Shown: positions 30,010-39,396 of the stretch, one piece after another
How the letters are laid out: each line of letters begins with the position of its first letter
How positions within the stretch are numbered: position 1 is the stretch's first letter
Assembly: GCA_963805975.1 (NCBI GenBank)
Contig: CAWDVR010000001.1
Span: forward strand, 864,001-928,000
Direction: 5' to 3'
DNA length: 64,000 bases
DNA from: an uncultured Acidobacteriota bacterium
Lineage (GTDB): Bacteria; Acidobacteriota; Thermoanaerobaculia; Multivoradales; SZUA-115
The notes under the pieces: model-generated
What the model was told of the DNA's origin: nothing
Seen by the model: only the letters and a program-made list of their open reading frames with translations
Databases searched by the model: none
Program-made: the position numbers and the translations under genes

Positions 30010-31067
30010 GCGACCGAACCTCGAGAGGCGCCCCGGCGGGGCGCGCCCCCGCGAAGGGCAGCCCCAAGAAGAACGCCCCCAAGAAGAATGCCCCCGGGAA
30101 GAGCCCCGCGAAGACCGGTCCCGTGAAGTCCGGCCCCGAGCAGGGCGAGCGGCTGCAGAAGATCCTGGCGCGGGCGGGCATCGCCGCGCGGCGCAAGATC
30201 GAGGAGCTGATCCGCGAAGGCCGGGTGACGGTGAACGGCGCCCTGGCCGAGCTCGGGACCAAAGCCGACCCCGCGCGCGACGCCATCAAGGTGGACGGCA
30301 AGCGCGTGCAGACGCAGGCCGCGGAGCAGGTCTACCTGCTGCTCAACAAGCCGCGGGGCGTGATGTCCACCGCCGCCGACCCCGAGGGCCGGCGCACCGT
30401 GCTCGACCTGGTGCCGGTGACCTTCCGCAAGGCGCTGGTGCCGGTGGGGCGGCTCGACTTCAACACCGAGGGCCTGCTGCTGCTGACCAACGACGGCGAG
30501 TTCGCGCACCACGTCTCTCATCCCCGCTACGGCTGCACGAAGACCTACGAGCTGAAGGTGGCCGGCGAGCCCGAGGAGCGCGACCTCGACCGGCTGCGGG
30601 CCGGCGTGGTGCTCGAAGGCAAGCGGACCGCGCCGGCGCGCATCGAGGCGCGCAAGGCGCCCGCCGCTCCGCGCGCCGGCAGCGGCGAGAACAGTTGGTG
30701 GACGGTGGTGCTCTCCGAGGGTCGCACGCGGCAGATCCGCGACATGTTCGCGCGCATCGGTCACCCGGTGCAGAAGCTGCGGCGGGTGGCGATCGGCCCG
30801 CTCTCCGACCGCGCCCTGCCGGTGGGTGCGCTCCGCGAGCTGACGGCCTCCGAGGTGGAGCGCCTGCGGCGCAGCACGCGCCACCCGAAAGCGCGACCGC
30901 CCCGCCCGCCTCGTGCCACGTCGTCCTCGCCGGCGCCGCCTCGCGAAAATCCGCCCCGAGAGAAGCCAGCTCGCGGGAAGGTTCTTCGCGAGAAGGCACC
31001 TCGTGAGCAGGCGCCTCGCGACAAGGCGAGAACTTCCACCGCTCCACGCGCTCGCAAGGCGCGCTGA
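30006..31067 (+). CDS. rluB: 23S rRNA pseudouridine synthase (RluB-like)
   Basis: ERLQK.LA S4 domain, VGRLD..TEGLLLLTNDG, EGR.RQIR; basic low-complexity tails. Confidence 0.9.
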   Translation: MSDRTSRGAPAGRAPAKGSPKKNAPKKNAPGKSPAKTGPVKSGPEQGERLQKILARAGIAARRKIEELIREGRVTVNGALAELGTKADPARDAIKVDGKRVQTQAAEQVYLLLNKPRGVMSTAADPEGRRTVLDLVPVTFRKALVPVGRLDFNTEGLLLLTNDGEFAHHVSHPRYGCTKTYELKVAGEPEERDLDRLRAGVVLEGKRTAPARIEARKAPAAPRAGSGENSWWTVVLSEGRTRQIRDMFARIGHPVQKLRRVAIGPLSDRALPVGALRELTASEVERLRRSTRHPKARPPRPPRATSSSPAPPRENPPREKPARGKVLREKAPREQAPRDKARTSTAPRARKAR

Positions 31068-31081
31068 CCCGCTCCACGACC

Positions 31082-32182
31082 GTGCGCACCCAGTTCGAGG
31101 CACCGGAGCACGTCCGCCGCCTGCGGCCCTATCGGCCGGGGCTGCCGATGGACGTGCTCGCCCGCGAGCTGGGCGTCGCCTCGATCTGCCAGCTCGCCTC
31201 GAACGAGAACACGGCGGGGCCGTCGCCCAAGGTGGCGGCGGCGATCCTCGCGGCGAGCGGCTCGATCCACTTCTATCCGGACGCCGGCGGCCTCCACCTC
31301 AAGGAGCGGCTGGCGGCTCTCCACGGCGTGGGCCGCGACCAGATCGTGCTCGGCAACGGCTCGGGCGAGCTGGTGGACCTGGTCTGCCGCGCCCTGGTCG
31401 CACCCGGCGAGCGGGTGGTGATGTCGCGCCTCGGCTTCGTGCAGTATCGCCTCTCGGCCCTGGCCGCCAATGCCGAGCTGATCGAGGTCGATCCGCTGCC
31501 CGGGACGCGTGCCGACGACCCCGAGGCCCTGGCGCGCGCCAGCCACGGCGCCAAGGTGGTGTTCATCGCCAACCCCAACAACCCCACCGGCACCTACTGG
31601 ACGCGCGCCGAGCTCGATCGCTACTTCGAAGCGGTGAACCCGGCGGCGCTGACAGTGATCGACCAGGCCTACTTCGAGTATGTCGAGGCGCCGGGCTACC
31701 CGGACGGCCTGGACGATCTCGCGGCCGGCCGCGAGGTACTGGTGCTGCGCACCTTCTCCAAGATCCACGGCCTCGCCGGCCTGCGCATCGGCTACGGGCT
31801 CGGCACGGCGGAGCGCATCGAGGACCTGGAGCGGGTACGGGCGCCGTTCAATACCAACGCCATCGCCCAGGTCGCGGCCCTGGCGGCCCTCGATGACGAG
31901 GAGCAGGTGGCCGCCACCCGGCGGCGCAATACCGTGGAGCGCGAGCACCTGAGCAGAGAGCTCGCCCAGCGCGGCGCCGTGCTCACCCCCGCGGTTGCCA
32001 ACTTCGTGCTGGCGGACTTTCCGGCCTTCGCCGGCGATCTCGCGGCGGCGCTCGCCAAGCACGGGGTGCTGGTGCGCGCCATGGCGGGCTGGAACCTGCC
32101 GGGTAGCGTGCGTGTCACGGTCGGCACGCGGCCCGAGAACGAGCGCCTGCTCGCGGCGCTCGACGAAGTGCTGCGATCTTGA
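31082..32182 (+). CDS. hisC: Histidinol-phosphate aminotransferase
   Basis: LASNEN, NPNNPTG, RTFSK.HGLAGLRIGY. Confidence 0.9.
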   Translation: MRTQFEAPEHVRRLRPYRPGLPMDVLARELGVASICQLASNENTAGPSPKVAAAILAASGSIHFYPDAGGLHLKERLAALHGVGRDQIVLGNGSGELVDLVCRALVAPGERVVMSRLGFVQYRLSALAANAELIEVDPLPGTRADDPEALARASHGAKVVFIANPNNPTGTYWTRAELDRYFEAVNPAALTVIDQAYFEYVEAPGYPDGLDDLAAGREVLVLRTFSKIHGLAGLRIGYGLGTAERIEDLERVRAPFNTNAIAQVAALAALDDEEQVAATRRRNTVEREHLSRELAQRGAVLTPAVANFVLADFPAFAGDLAAALAKHGVLVRAMAGWNLPGSVRVTVGTRPENERLLAALDEVLRS

Positions 32183-32907
32183 CCGCTCCTCGTCACTCCG
32201 CCGGTACGGCACAGGGGACCGGCCGTCCACCGGTCGTCGCCATCGACGGCCCGGCGGGGGTGGGCAAGAGCACCGCGGCGCGCCTCCTCGCCCTGCGGCT
32301 CGGCGTGCCCTACCTCGACACCGGCGCCATGTACCGGGCGCTGGCGCTCAAGGTGCTGGAGCTGGGCCTGGCGATCGAGGACGGCACCGCGGTCTCGCGG
32401 CTGGCGTCGGAAGCGGACCTGCGGCTCGAGGCGACGGCGGAACTCGAGGGCATCGTCGTCGTCGTGCTGCTCGACGGCCAGGAGGTGGGCGAGCGCATCC
32501 GCACCCCCGCGGTGAGTGCCGCCACCTCGGCGATCGCCGCCTATCCGGAGGTTCGCCGGCGCTTGGTGGCGTTGCAGCGCGAGGCGGGCGAGCGCTGGGG
32601 CGGCGTGGTCGAGGGCCGGGACATCGGCACCCGCGTCTTCCCGGACGCCGCGTTCAAGTTCTTCTTCGAGGCCTCACCCGAGGTGCGCGCCCGCCGTCGC
32701 TACGAAGAGCTGACCGCATCCGGCCGTGCCGCGAGCCTGGAAGAGGTCCACGCCGATATGGAAGCCCGCGACCGCCGCGACTCCAGCCGCGACGACTCCC
32801 CCCTCACCCGCGACCCCACCTACCACCTGATCGACACCTCCGCCCACTCGGCCGAGGAGGTGGTGGAAGAGATGGTGCGGGTGGTGCGGGGGGGCGCGAC
32901 CCCGTAG
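32179..32907 (+). CDS. cmk: Cytidylate kinase
   Basis: IDGPAG.GKST, YLDTGAMYR, EGRDIGT.VFPDA. Confidence 0.97.
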   Translation: MTAPRHSAGTAQGTGRPPVVAIDGPAGVGKSTAARLLALRLGVPYLDTGAMYRALALKVLELGLAIEDGTAVSRLASEADLRLEATAELEGIVVVVLLDGQEVGERIRTPAVSAATSAIAAYPEVRRRLVALQREAGERWGGVVEGRDIGTRVFPDAAFKFFFEASPEVRARRRYEELTASGRAASLEEVHADMEARDRRDSSRDDSPLTRDPTYHLIDTSAHSAEEVVEEMVRVVRGGATP

Positions 32908-32914
32908 CTCTCGC

Positions 32915-34078
32915 CTAGCGGATCTCCACCACCCGCGTCGCTCCCAGCCCGGCCGGGGACCAGGTGCGCAGAGCCAGGGCGGGGTGGCCGCCGGAGCGGA
33001 AGCAGTCCGAGAGCAGCACCCATTCCCCGGCGTCCTTGCGCAGCAGGTGGACGAGCTCGAGCGGCTCGAGGTTGGTCTCGACCGCGGCGGGCAGCTCGCC
33101 CTTGAGCCTCCACTCGCCGCCGGGCTCGAGCTCGGTGACGAAGATGCGGCCGGCCCGGCCGCCGCGGCGGTCGAACCAGGCGAGCGGCAGCGGCTCGCCA
33201 TGGGTGCCGAGCGGCAGGTCCACGCTGTAGTCCGCACCGTAGCTCCAGATCTCGGTGCGCTCCGTGCCCCAGGGCTTGAAGCGCGTGCCGCGCCAGGTGG
33301 CGCCGCGGTCGGCGCTCCAGTAGAGCGCGCCGTCGGCCGCCATGTAGAGCGCACCGGTGGCGCCGTTGGGCACGACCTGGCCCTGTTTCTCGGCCGGCAG
33401 GGTGGGGAAGCCGGCGGTCCAGGTGACGGGCGGCTCGGCCGCGGCGAAGAGGCCGCTGCCGCTCACCACGGCGTCGCGCTGCCAGCTCGCGGGTGACACG
33501 CCCAGAGCGGTCGGCCCGTGCACCGCGAGCTTGCCCTTGGGCTTCCAGCCGCCCCCCTCGAAGCGCCAGGCTTGGGCGTCCAGCCAGCGGTCCCGGCCTG
33601 CCAGGTGAGCGACGACCCAGGGCTGGCCGGCGCGGTCGTAGGTGGAGTAGAGGTTGGCGGTGGCGGGGATCGTGAGCGAACTGCCCAGGGCGCCCCAGCG
33701 CCCGTCCTGCCAGCGTTCTGCTGCAACGCAGCTCTCGCCGCAGCGGCGCAAGGCGAAGATCGGTCCCGGGCCCACGGAACCGGCAAACCGGCCGCCGGAT
33801 TTCGCCGCGGGGAAGCCTCTCGCGGTGTCGGCTTGGCCCGCACCGGCCGCCGTCGGAAGCGAGCGGCCGAGCGTCACCTCGATCTGGCTGCTGTCTCTGC
33901 CGGTAGCGAGGTCGAAGAGCAGCACCCCTGCCTCGGTGTCGAGCCCCAGGAGGGCGAGAGCGGTGGGCTCGGCGCAGAGCGGGGCCGGCGGGGGGGCGGG
34001 TGCCGCGTGGGACCCGGCGGCCGCCACCGCCAGGGCCGCGAACATCGCGCAGAGAGTCGGCCGGCGCACCGTTCTCAC
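32915..34078 (-). CDS. Exported hypothetical protein with an Asp-box (BNR-like) motif
   Basis: GTG overlaps the stop of the dehydrogenase gene; signal peptide; S.D.G.TW (SADRGATW); Trp-rich. Confidence 0.65.
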   Translation of the reverse strand: MRTVRRPTLCAMFAALAVAAAGSHAAPAPPPAPLCAEPTALALLGLDTEAGVLLFDLATGRDSSQIEVTLGRSLPTAAGAGQADTARGFPAAKSGGRFAGSVGPGPIFALRRCGESCVAAERWQDGRWGALGSSLTIPATANLYSTYDRAGQPWVVAHLAGRDRWLDAQAWRFEGGGWKPKGKLAVHGPTALGVSPASWQRDAVVSGSGLFAAAEPPVTWTAGFPTLPAEKQGQVVPNGATGALYMAADGALYWSADRGATWRGTRFKPWGTERTEIWSYGADYSVDLPLGTHGEPLPLAWFDRRGGRAGRIFVTELEPGGEWRLKGELPAAVETNLEPLELVHLLRKDAGEWVLLSDCFRSGGHPALALRTWSPAGLGATRVVEIR

Positions 34079-35181
34079 CGTGGCCCGCGGTCGGTGAACA
34101 TGCGGCTCCAGTGGCGGGGCCGGATGGTCTTGATCCTGGCGATGCGCTCCTCGGCCACGCGATCGGCCGCCACGTAGCTGGGGATGCCCTCGGTCTTGGC
34201 GATCTCGAAGACCCGCATCATGTTGCGGTAGATGCCGCGGGTCTGGCGCAGGGCGCGATCCTGGTTGTAGCCGTTCTCGTTGAGCTCGTTGTAGACGTTG
34301 ATCAGCCCGCCGGCGTTGATCACATAGTCCGGCGCGTAGAGGATGTCGCGCTCGTCGAGTGCTCGGCCGTGCCGCGCCTCGTTGGCGAGCTGGTTGTTGG
34401 CGGCGCCGGCGACGATGGCGCAGCGCAGGCGAGGGATGGTGTCGTCGTTGAGCACCGCGCCGTAGGCGCAGGGCGCGAAGATGTCGGCGGCGGCGTCGAA
34501 GATCTCCTCGGTCGGCACCAGCTCGACCCCGACCTCCTGCGCCACGCGCTCGGCGGACTCCTGGTCCACGTCGCAGCCGAAGACCTTGGCCTTCTCGTCC
34601 TTCACCAGGTAGCGCGCGAGGTGGGAACCGACGCTGCCCAGGCCCTGGATGGCGACCGACTTGCCGGCCAGCGAGGGATCGCCCCACTGCCAGCGGGCGG
34701 CGGCCTTCATGCCCTGGAGCACACCGTAGGCGGTCACCGGGGCCGGGTTGCCGCTGCCGCCGTGGCTCGAGGAGACGCCCGTCACCCAGCGCGTCTCGCC
34801 CAGGATCAGCTCCATGTCGTCGGTGTCCGTGCCGCTGTCCTCGGCCGTGATGTAGGCGCCGCCCAGCGAGTTCACGAAGCCGCCGAAGGCGCGGAACAGG
34901 CCCTCGCTCTTCATCTTCTTGGGGTCGCCGAGAATTACGGCCTTGCCTCCTCCCAGGTTGAGGCCCGCGGCGGCGGCCTTGTAGGTCATGCCGCGCGCCA
35001 GCCGCAGCACGTCGGTCAGCGCCTCGTCGAAGCTCGCATACGGCAGCATGCGGCAGCCGCCGAGGCTGGGGCCCAGCACCGTCGAGTGGATGGCGATGAT
35101 GGCTTGTAGGCCGACCTCGGGATTGGAGCAGAGCACCACGCTCTCGTGCCCCATCTCCCGCACCTGTTGGAACACGTCCAT
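34075..35181 (-). CDS. Leu/Phe/Val dehydrogenase
   Basis: LGGCRM, GMTYK, GGGKAVI, QGLGSVG, AGAANNQL, APDYVINAGG; GGAGG SD. Confidence 0.95.
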   Translation of the reverse strand: MDVFQQVREMGHESVVLCSNPEVGLQAIIAIHSTVLGPSLGGCRMLPYASFDEALTDVLRLARGMTYKAAAAGLNLGGGKAVILGDPKKMKSEGLFRAFGGFVNSLGGAYITAEDSGTDTDDMELILGETRWVTGVSSSHGGSGNPAPVTAYGVLQGMKAAARWQWGDPSLAGKSVAIQGLGSVGSHLARYLVKDEKAKVFGCDVDQESAERVAQEVGVELVPTEEIFDAAADIFAPCAYGAVLNDDTIPRLRCAIVAGAANNQLANEARHGRALDERDILYAPDYVINAGGLINVYNELNENGYNQDRALRQTRGIYRNMMRVFEIAKTEGIPSYVAADRVAEERIARIKTIRPRHWSRMFTDRGPR

Positions 35182-35286
35182 CGGGCCTCCTTGGTGGGAT
35201 CGCTTCAGGTTGGAACGCTCTGGCTGGCCGGCGCGGCAGTTTACCGGATGCCCGGAGGAGGTGCCAGCGGTCTGTACAATCCCTCC

Positions 35287-36435
35287 GTGGACCCTGCCGC
35301 CACCGCCTCTCTCCTCAAGCGCTGGGCCCTGGAGGCCGGGTTCGACCGCGCCGGCGTGGCCCATCTGGCGCCGGTCGAGCGCGCGGAAGCGCTCGCGGCC
35401 TGGCTCGGGCGCGGCGACCAGGCCGGCATGGGTTGGATGGCCGGGAAACCCGAGGTGCGGCGGGAGCCAGAGCGGGTGCTGGCCGGGGCGCGGAGCGTGC
35501 TCTGCGTGGCGCTCCAGTACGCACCGCTGGTGGACGAGGAGGGGGAGCCGAGGGCCGAGACCGAGGGCGACCTCTGGCCCCGCGTCGCCCGCTACGCCAG
35601 GGGGCGTGACTACCACGATCTGATGGGGGAGCGGCTCGCGGCGCTGGCCGACCGGGTGCGCGAGGCATTCCCCGGCGCCGCGGCGCGGCCCTACGTGGAC
35701 ACCGGCCCGGTGCTCGAGCGCGAGCTCGCCGCCCGCGCCGGCCTCGGAGCCTTCGGCAAGCACACCAACCTGCTGAGCCGGGAGCACGGGTCGTGGTTCC
35801 TCCTGGGGGAGCTCTTCCTGACCCTCGACCTGGCGCCGGACGCACCCATCACCGACCTCTGCGGGCGCTGCACCCGCTGTCTCACCGCCTGTCCCACCGG
35901 CGCTTTGCCCGAGCCCTACCGGCTGGACGCGAACCGCTGCATCAGCTACTGGACGATCGAGCACCGGGGGGCGCTGCCGGAAGCGGCGCGGGAGATGGTG
36001 GGGGACTGGGTCTTCGGCTGCGACCTCTGCCAGGAGGCCTGTCCCTGGAACCGCAAGGCGGCGCCTGGCGCAGACCCCGACCTGGCCCTGCCGCCCGAAC
36101 GCGCCGGGCTGGACCTGGTGGGCCTCCTGCTCTTGTCGCGGGAGGAGTACACGGAGCGCTTCCGGGGCAGCCCCATGAAGCGCGCCAAGCTCTCCGGCCT
36201 CAAGCGCAACGCGGCCGTGGCGATGGGCAACCGCGGCGATTCCAAGTACCTACCGGCTCTCGAGACGGCCCTGGCGGACGAGGATCCGGTGGTGCGCGAC
36301 GCCGCGGCCTGGGCGCTCGAGAAGATCGAAAACCGTGGGCGCGAGGGTGCCTCTCCTGCGAGGAGCGCAGGCCGCCCGCCAGGGAGCTCGAGCACCGCAG
36401 CAGGAGAGCACCCGGGCTCGGGTTTTCGTGGTTGA
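35287..36435 (+). CDS. queG: Epoxyqueuosine reductase
   Basis: RYA.G.DYH, VDTGPVLER, C..C..C...CPT, CISY.TIE, GCD.CQ..CPWN; HEAT-like C-terminus. Confidence 0.96.
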   Translation: MDPAATASLLKRWALEAGFDRAGVAHLAPVERAEALAAWLGRGDQAGMGWMAGKPEVRREPERVLAGARSVLCVALQYAPLVDEEGEPRAETEGDLWPRVARYARGRDYHDLMGERLAALADRVREAFPGAAARPYVDTGPVLERELAARAGLGAFGKHTNLLSREHGSWFLLGELFLTLDLAPDAPITDLCGRCTRCLTACPTGALPEPYRLDANRCISYWTIEHRGALPEAAREMVGDWVFGCDLCQEACPWNRKAAPGADPDLALPPERAGLDLVGLLLLSREEYTERFRGSPMKRAKLSGLKRNAAVAMGNRGDSKYLPALETALADEDPVVRDAAAWALEKIENRGREGASPARSAGRPPGSSSTAAGEHPGSGFRG

Positions 36436-36460
36436 CACTCCGGCATCCCCCGCCTATACT
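36432..36460 (+). promoter_or_regulatory. Near-consensus sigma70 promoter of rpsA
   Basis: TTGACA-N17-TATACT. Confidence 0.85.
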
Positions 36461-36572
36461 GCCAATCCCCTCGTTCTCAAGGGTTTACCGGCATCCTACC
36501 GCCCTACCCGTCGAACCTTGGGGATACCAGGCTTCTCGAGCCTGAGTCCAAATCAAGGAGGAAGTTGTCCCC

Positions 36573-38399
36573 ATGGAGTTAACGGAAGAACACCGCACGC
36601 CTCAGCCCGAGGCCGAGGTAGGCGGGGAGTCGTCCATCCAGGACGACGCCCTGCTGGCCCAGGCTGCTGGGCGCGCACAACACGTCGACGAAGACGACGA
36701 GCTGTTCGGCGATCCCACGGATCGCGCCGACTACAAAGCTCTCGTCACCATGTACGACGAGAGCATGCGCAACCTGAATGAAGGTGAGATCGTCACCGGC
36801 CGGGTGATCGGCATCACCGCCAACGACGTGGTCGTGGACGTCGGCTACAAATCCGAGGGCCTGGTCCCCAAGGCCGAGTTCATGGACCGCGAGGGCAATC
36901 TCAAGGTCAAGATCGGCGAGGACATCGACGTCCTGCTCGAAAAAGCCGAGGACCAGGAGGGCCACGTCCTCCTCTCGCGGCAGAAGGCCGAGCGCCTGCG
37001 GCGCTGGACCGACATCGAGAAGGCGTTCCAGGACGGCACCATCATCAACGGCCGGGTCATCGACCGCATCAAGGGTGGTCTCACCGTGGACGTCGGCCTG
37101 CGCGCCTTCCTCCCCGGTTCTCTGGTCGACATCAAGCCGGTCAAGAACCTCGAGTCTCTGAAGGGCGAGGAGCTGCAGTTCAAGGTCATCAGCCTCGACC
37201 GCCGGCGCAACAACATCGTGCTCTCGCGCAAGGCCGTGCTCGAAAAGGAGTTCGCCAAGCGCAAGGCCGAGACTTTGAAGCGCCTCGAGCCCGGCGCCCG
37301 GCTGGCCGGCGTGGTCAAGAACATCACCGACTACGGTGTCTTCATCGACCTGGGCGGCATCGACGGCCTGCTGCACATCACCGACATCTCCTGGGGCCGC
37401 GTCAGCCATCCCTCCGAGCACTTCTCGGTGGGCGACGAGGTCGAGATCGTGATCCTGAAGTTCGACCCCGACACCGAGCGCGTCTCGCTCGGCTACAAGC
37501 AGAAGAGCGACGACCCCTGGACCATGGTGGACAAGAAGTACCCCCCAGGCTCGCGCGTCCGCGGCAAGGTGGTGAGCCTGGTCGATTACGGCGCCTTCGT
37601 CGAGATCGAGGAGGGCGTCGAGGGCTTGATCCACGTCAGCGAGATGTCGTGGACCAAGAAGGTGGTCAATCCCTCGAAGCTGCTCAACATCGGCGACGAG
37701 GTGGAGGCGATCGTCTCCGAGCTCGACATGGAGCAGCGCCGTATCAGCCTGTCGCTGCGCCAGACCGAGCGCAACCCGTGGGAGGAGCTGTCCGACACCT
37801 ACCCGGTGGGCACCATCATCGAAGGCAAGGTCCGCAACCTGACCGAGTTCGGCGCCTTCGTCGAGATCACCGAGGGCATCGACGGCCTGATCCACGTCTC
37901 CGACATGAGCTGGACCAAGCGCGTCAAGCACCCGAGCGAAGTGCTCAAGAAGAGCGACACGGTGCGCGCCCGGATCACCCACATCGACGCCGAGAACCAG
38001 CGGGTGTCGCTGTCGATCAAGGAGTTCATGCCCAACGAGTGGGAGGACTTCATGGCCAGCCACAAGGTCGGTGACCAGGTCACCGGCCGGGTGGTCAACG
38101 TCACCGACTTCGGTCTCTTCATCGACATCTACGAAGGGCTCGAAGGGTTGGCCCACGTCTCCGAGATCGAGATCCAGGGCGGCAAGCTCGAGGACCACTA
38201 CTCGGTGGGCGAGTGGGTGAGCGCCAAGATCCTGCGCATCGAGGACGAGGAGAAGAAGGTCGGCCTGTCGATGCGCGGCGTGCTGCAGCCGGACGCGGAG
38301 GAGATCGCGGAGCTCGAGGCTCAGGCGCAAGCCAAGGCCGGGGCCCACCAGGAGGAAGACTCCGAGCCGGTGGAAGAGGCCACGGAAGAAGGCGAGTGA
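36573..38399 (+). CDS. rpsA: 30S ribosomal protein S1
   Basis: Repeated S1 domains (YGAFVEI, GLIHVSEMSW); AAGGAGG SD. Confidence 0.98.
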   Translation: MELTEEHRTPQPEAEVGGESSIQDDALLAQAAGRAQHVDEDDELFGDPTDRADYKALVTMYDESMRNLNEGEIVTGRVIGITANDVVVDVGYKSEGLVPKAEFMDREGNLKVKIGEDIDVLLEKAEDQEGHVLLSRQKAERLRRWTDIEKAFQDGTIINGRVIDRIKGGLTVDVGLRAFLPGSLVDIKPVKNLESLKGEELQFKVISLDRRRNNIVLSRKAVLEKEFAKRKAETLKRLEPGARLAGVVKNITDYGVFIDLGGIDGLLHITDISWGRVSHPSEHFSVGDEVEIVILKFDPDTERVSLGYKQKSDDPWTMVDKKYPPGSRVRGKVVSLVDYGAFVEIEEGVEGLIHVSEMSWTKKVVNPSKLLNIGDEVEAIVSELDMEQRRISLSLRQTERNPWEELSDTYPVGTIIEGKVRNLTEFGAFVEITEGIDGLIHVSDMSWTKRVKHPSEVLKKSDTVRARITHIDAENQRVSLSIKEFMPNEWEDFMASHKVGDQVTGRVVNVTDFGLFIDIYEGLEGLAHVSEIEIQGGKLEDHYSVGEWVSAKILRIEDEEKKVGLSMRGVLQPDAEEIAELEAQAQAKAGAHQEEDSEPVEEATEEGE

Positions 38400-38441
38400 G
38401 CTCGGGAGCAGCGACCGATCGCTAAGGAGTAGGAATCGTAA

Positions 38442-38477
38442 CGAGCGGGCCATCGCGTCAGACGGATGGCCCGCTCG
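38442..38477. other. 13-bp GC hairpin between rpsA and ihfB
   Basis: CGAGCGGGCCATC ... GATGGCCCGCTCG; no U-tract. Confidence 0.6.
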
Positions 38478-38503
38478 GCGAGCTTCCTCAAGGGGGGTGG
38501 ACG

Positions 38504-38800
38504 GTGTCGATCAAGGACGGCATGACCAAGGCAGAGCTGGTCGAAGAGGTGGCGCGCACCACGCAGTTGACCAAGAAACACGCCGAGATCATCGTCAACA
38601 CGGTCTTTGATTCGATCGTGCAGTCGCTCAAGGTGGGGGAGAAGATCGAGCTCAGGGGCTTCGGCAGCTTCCGCATCCGTCACCGTGGCTCCCGGCTCGG
38701 GCGCAACCCGAAGACCGGTGACCAGGTGAGCGTGCCCTCCAAGAAGATCCCGTACTTCAAGCCCGGCAAAGAGCTGCGCGAGCTGTTGAACGGCGACTGA
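38504..38800 (+). CDS. ihfB: Integration host factor beta-like subunit
   Basis: MTKAELV, IELRGFGSF, GRNPKTG, PYFKPGKELRE; follows rpsA; start may be 38522. Confidence 0.88.
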   Translation: MSIKDGMTKAELVEEVARTTQLTKKHAEIIVNTVFDSIVQSLKVGEKIELRGFGSFRIRHRGSRLGRNPKTGDQVSVPSKKIPYFKPGKELRELLNGD

Positions 38801-38810
38801 CAGCCCGCGG

Positions 38811-39200
38811 GTGCGGGGCGCGGAACCGCAAGGAGTGCGAAACCCTTACATCGCGGCGTTCCTGGCCTGGCTGGTGCCGGGAGCAGGCCACGTCTATCTC
38901 GACCGCCGCGGCCGGGGGGCGGCTTTTTTCGCCATCGTGTCGGCGGCGCTCGTCACCGGCTGGCAGCTCGAGGGCCTGCTCTACCGAATCGTGCCCGGCC
39001 AGCCCCTTTCCTACCTGGGCACCCTGGGCGAGATGGGCTTGGGGGTCGCCTACTTCCTGCTGCGTTTTGGCCTGGGCTACGAGGGCGATCCCGGCGCGCC
39101 CGGCTTCGAGTACGGCAAGGCCTTCCTCATCACCGCCGGGCTGATGAACTGGCTCCTGGTGCTGGACGCCTGGGACATCGCCAAGCAAAAGAAGCCCTGA
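38811..39200 (+). CDS. Small membrane protein (DUF6677-like)
   Basis: LAWLVPGAGH.Y and EYG..F...AGLMN.L...DA.D; start uncertain. Confidence 0.75.
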   Translation: MRGAEPQGVRNPYIAAFLAWLVPGAGHVYLDRRGRGAAFFAIVSAALVTGWQLEGLLYRIVPGQPLSYLGTLGEMGLGVAYFLLRFGLGYEGDPGAPGFEYGKAFLITAGLMNWLLVLDAWDIAKQKKP

Positions 39201-39204
39201 CGCG

Positions 39205-39396
39205 ATGAGCCACTTCCTGCTGATGCTCTTGCACGCCCTGCTGGTGGCGCTCTTCTTCGCCCTCCTCTGGCGGCGCGAGCGCCGCGAGCAGATCAAGCTC
39301 TTCCTGCAGGTGTTCCTGGGGATGATGGGCGGAGGCTTGCTCATCGCATGGCTGATGTACCCGTTCCCGTCAGGACCGCCGGCACCGTTTCCATGA
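39205..39396 (+). CDS. 63-aa two-TM hypothetical protein
   Basis: Two hydrophobic helices; its stop overlaps the lpxB ATG. Confidence 0.75.
   Translation: MSHFLLMLLHALLVALFFALLWRRERREQIKLFLQVFLGMMGGGLLIAWLMYPFPSGPPAPFP

Noticed and set aside
30060-31067. Short repeats at both ends of rluB (APKKN, PREK-like)
   Set aside because: Ordinary basic low-complexity tails
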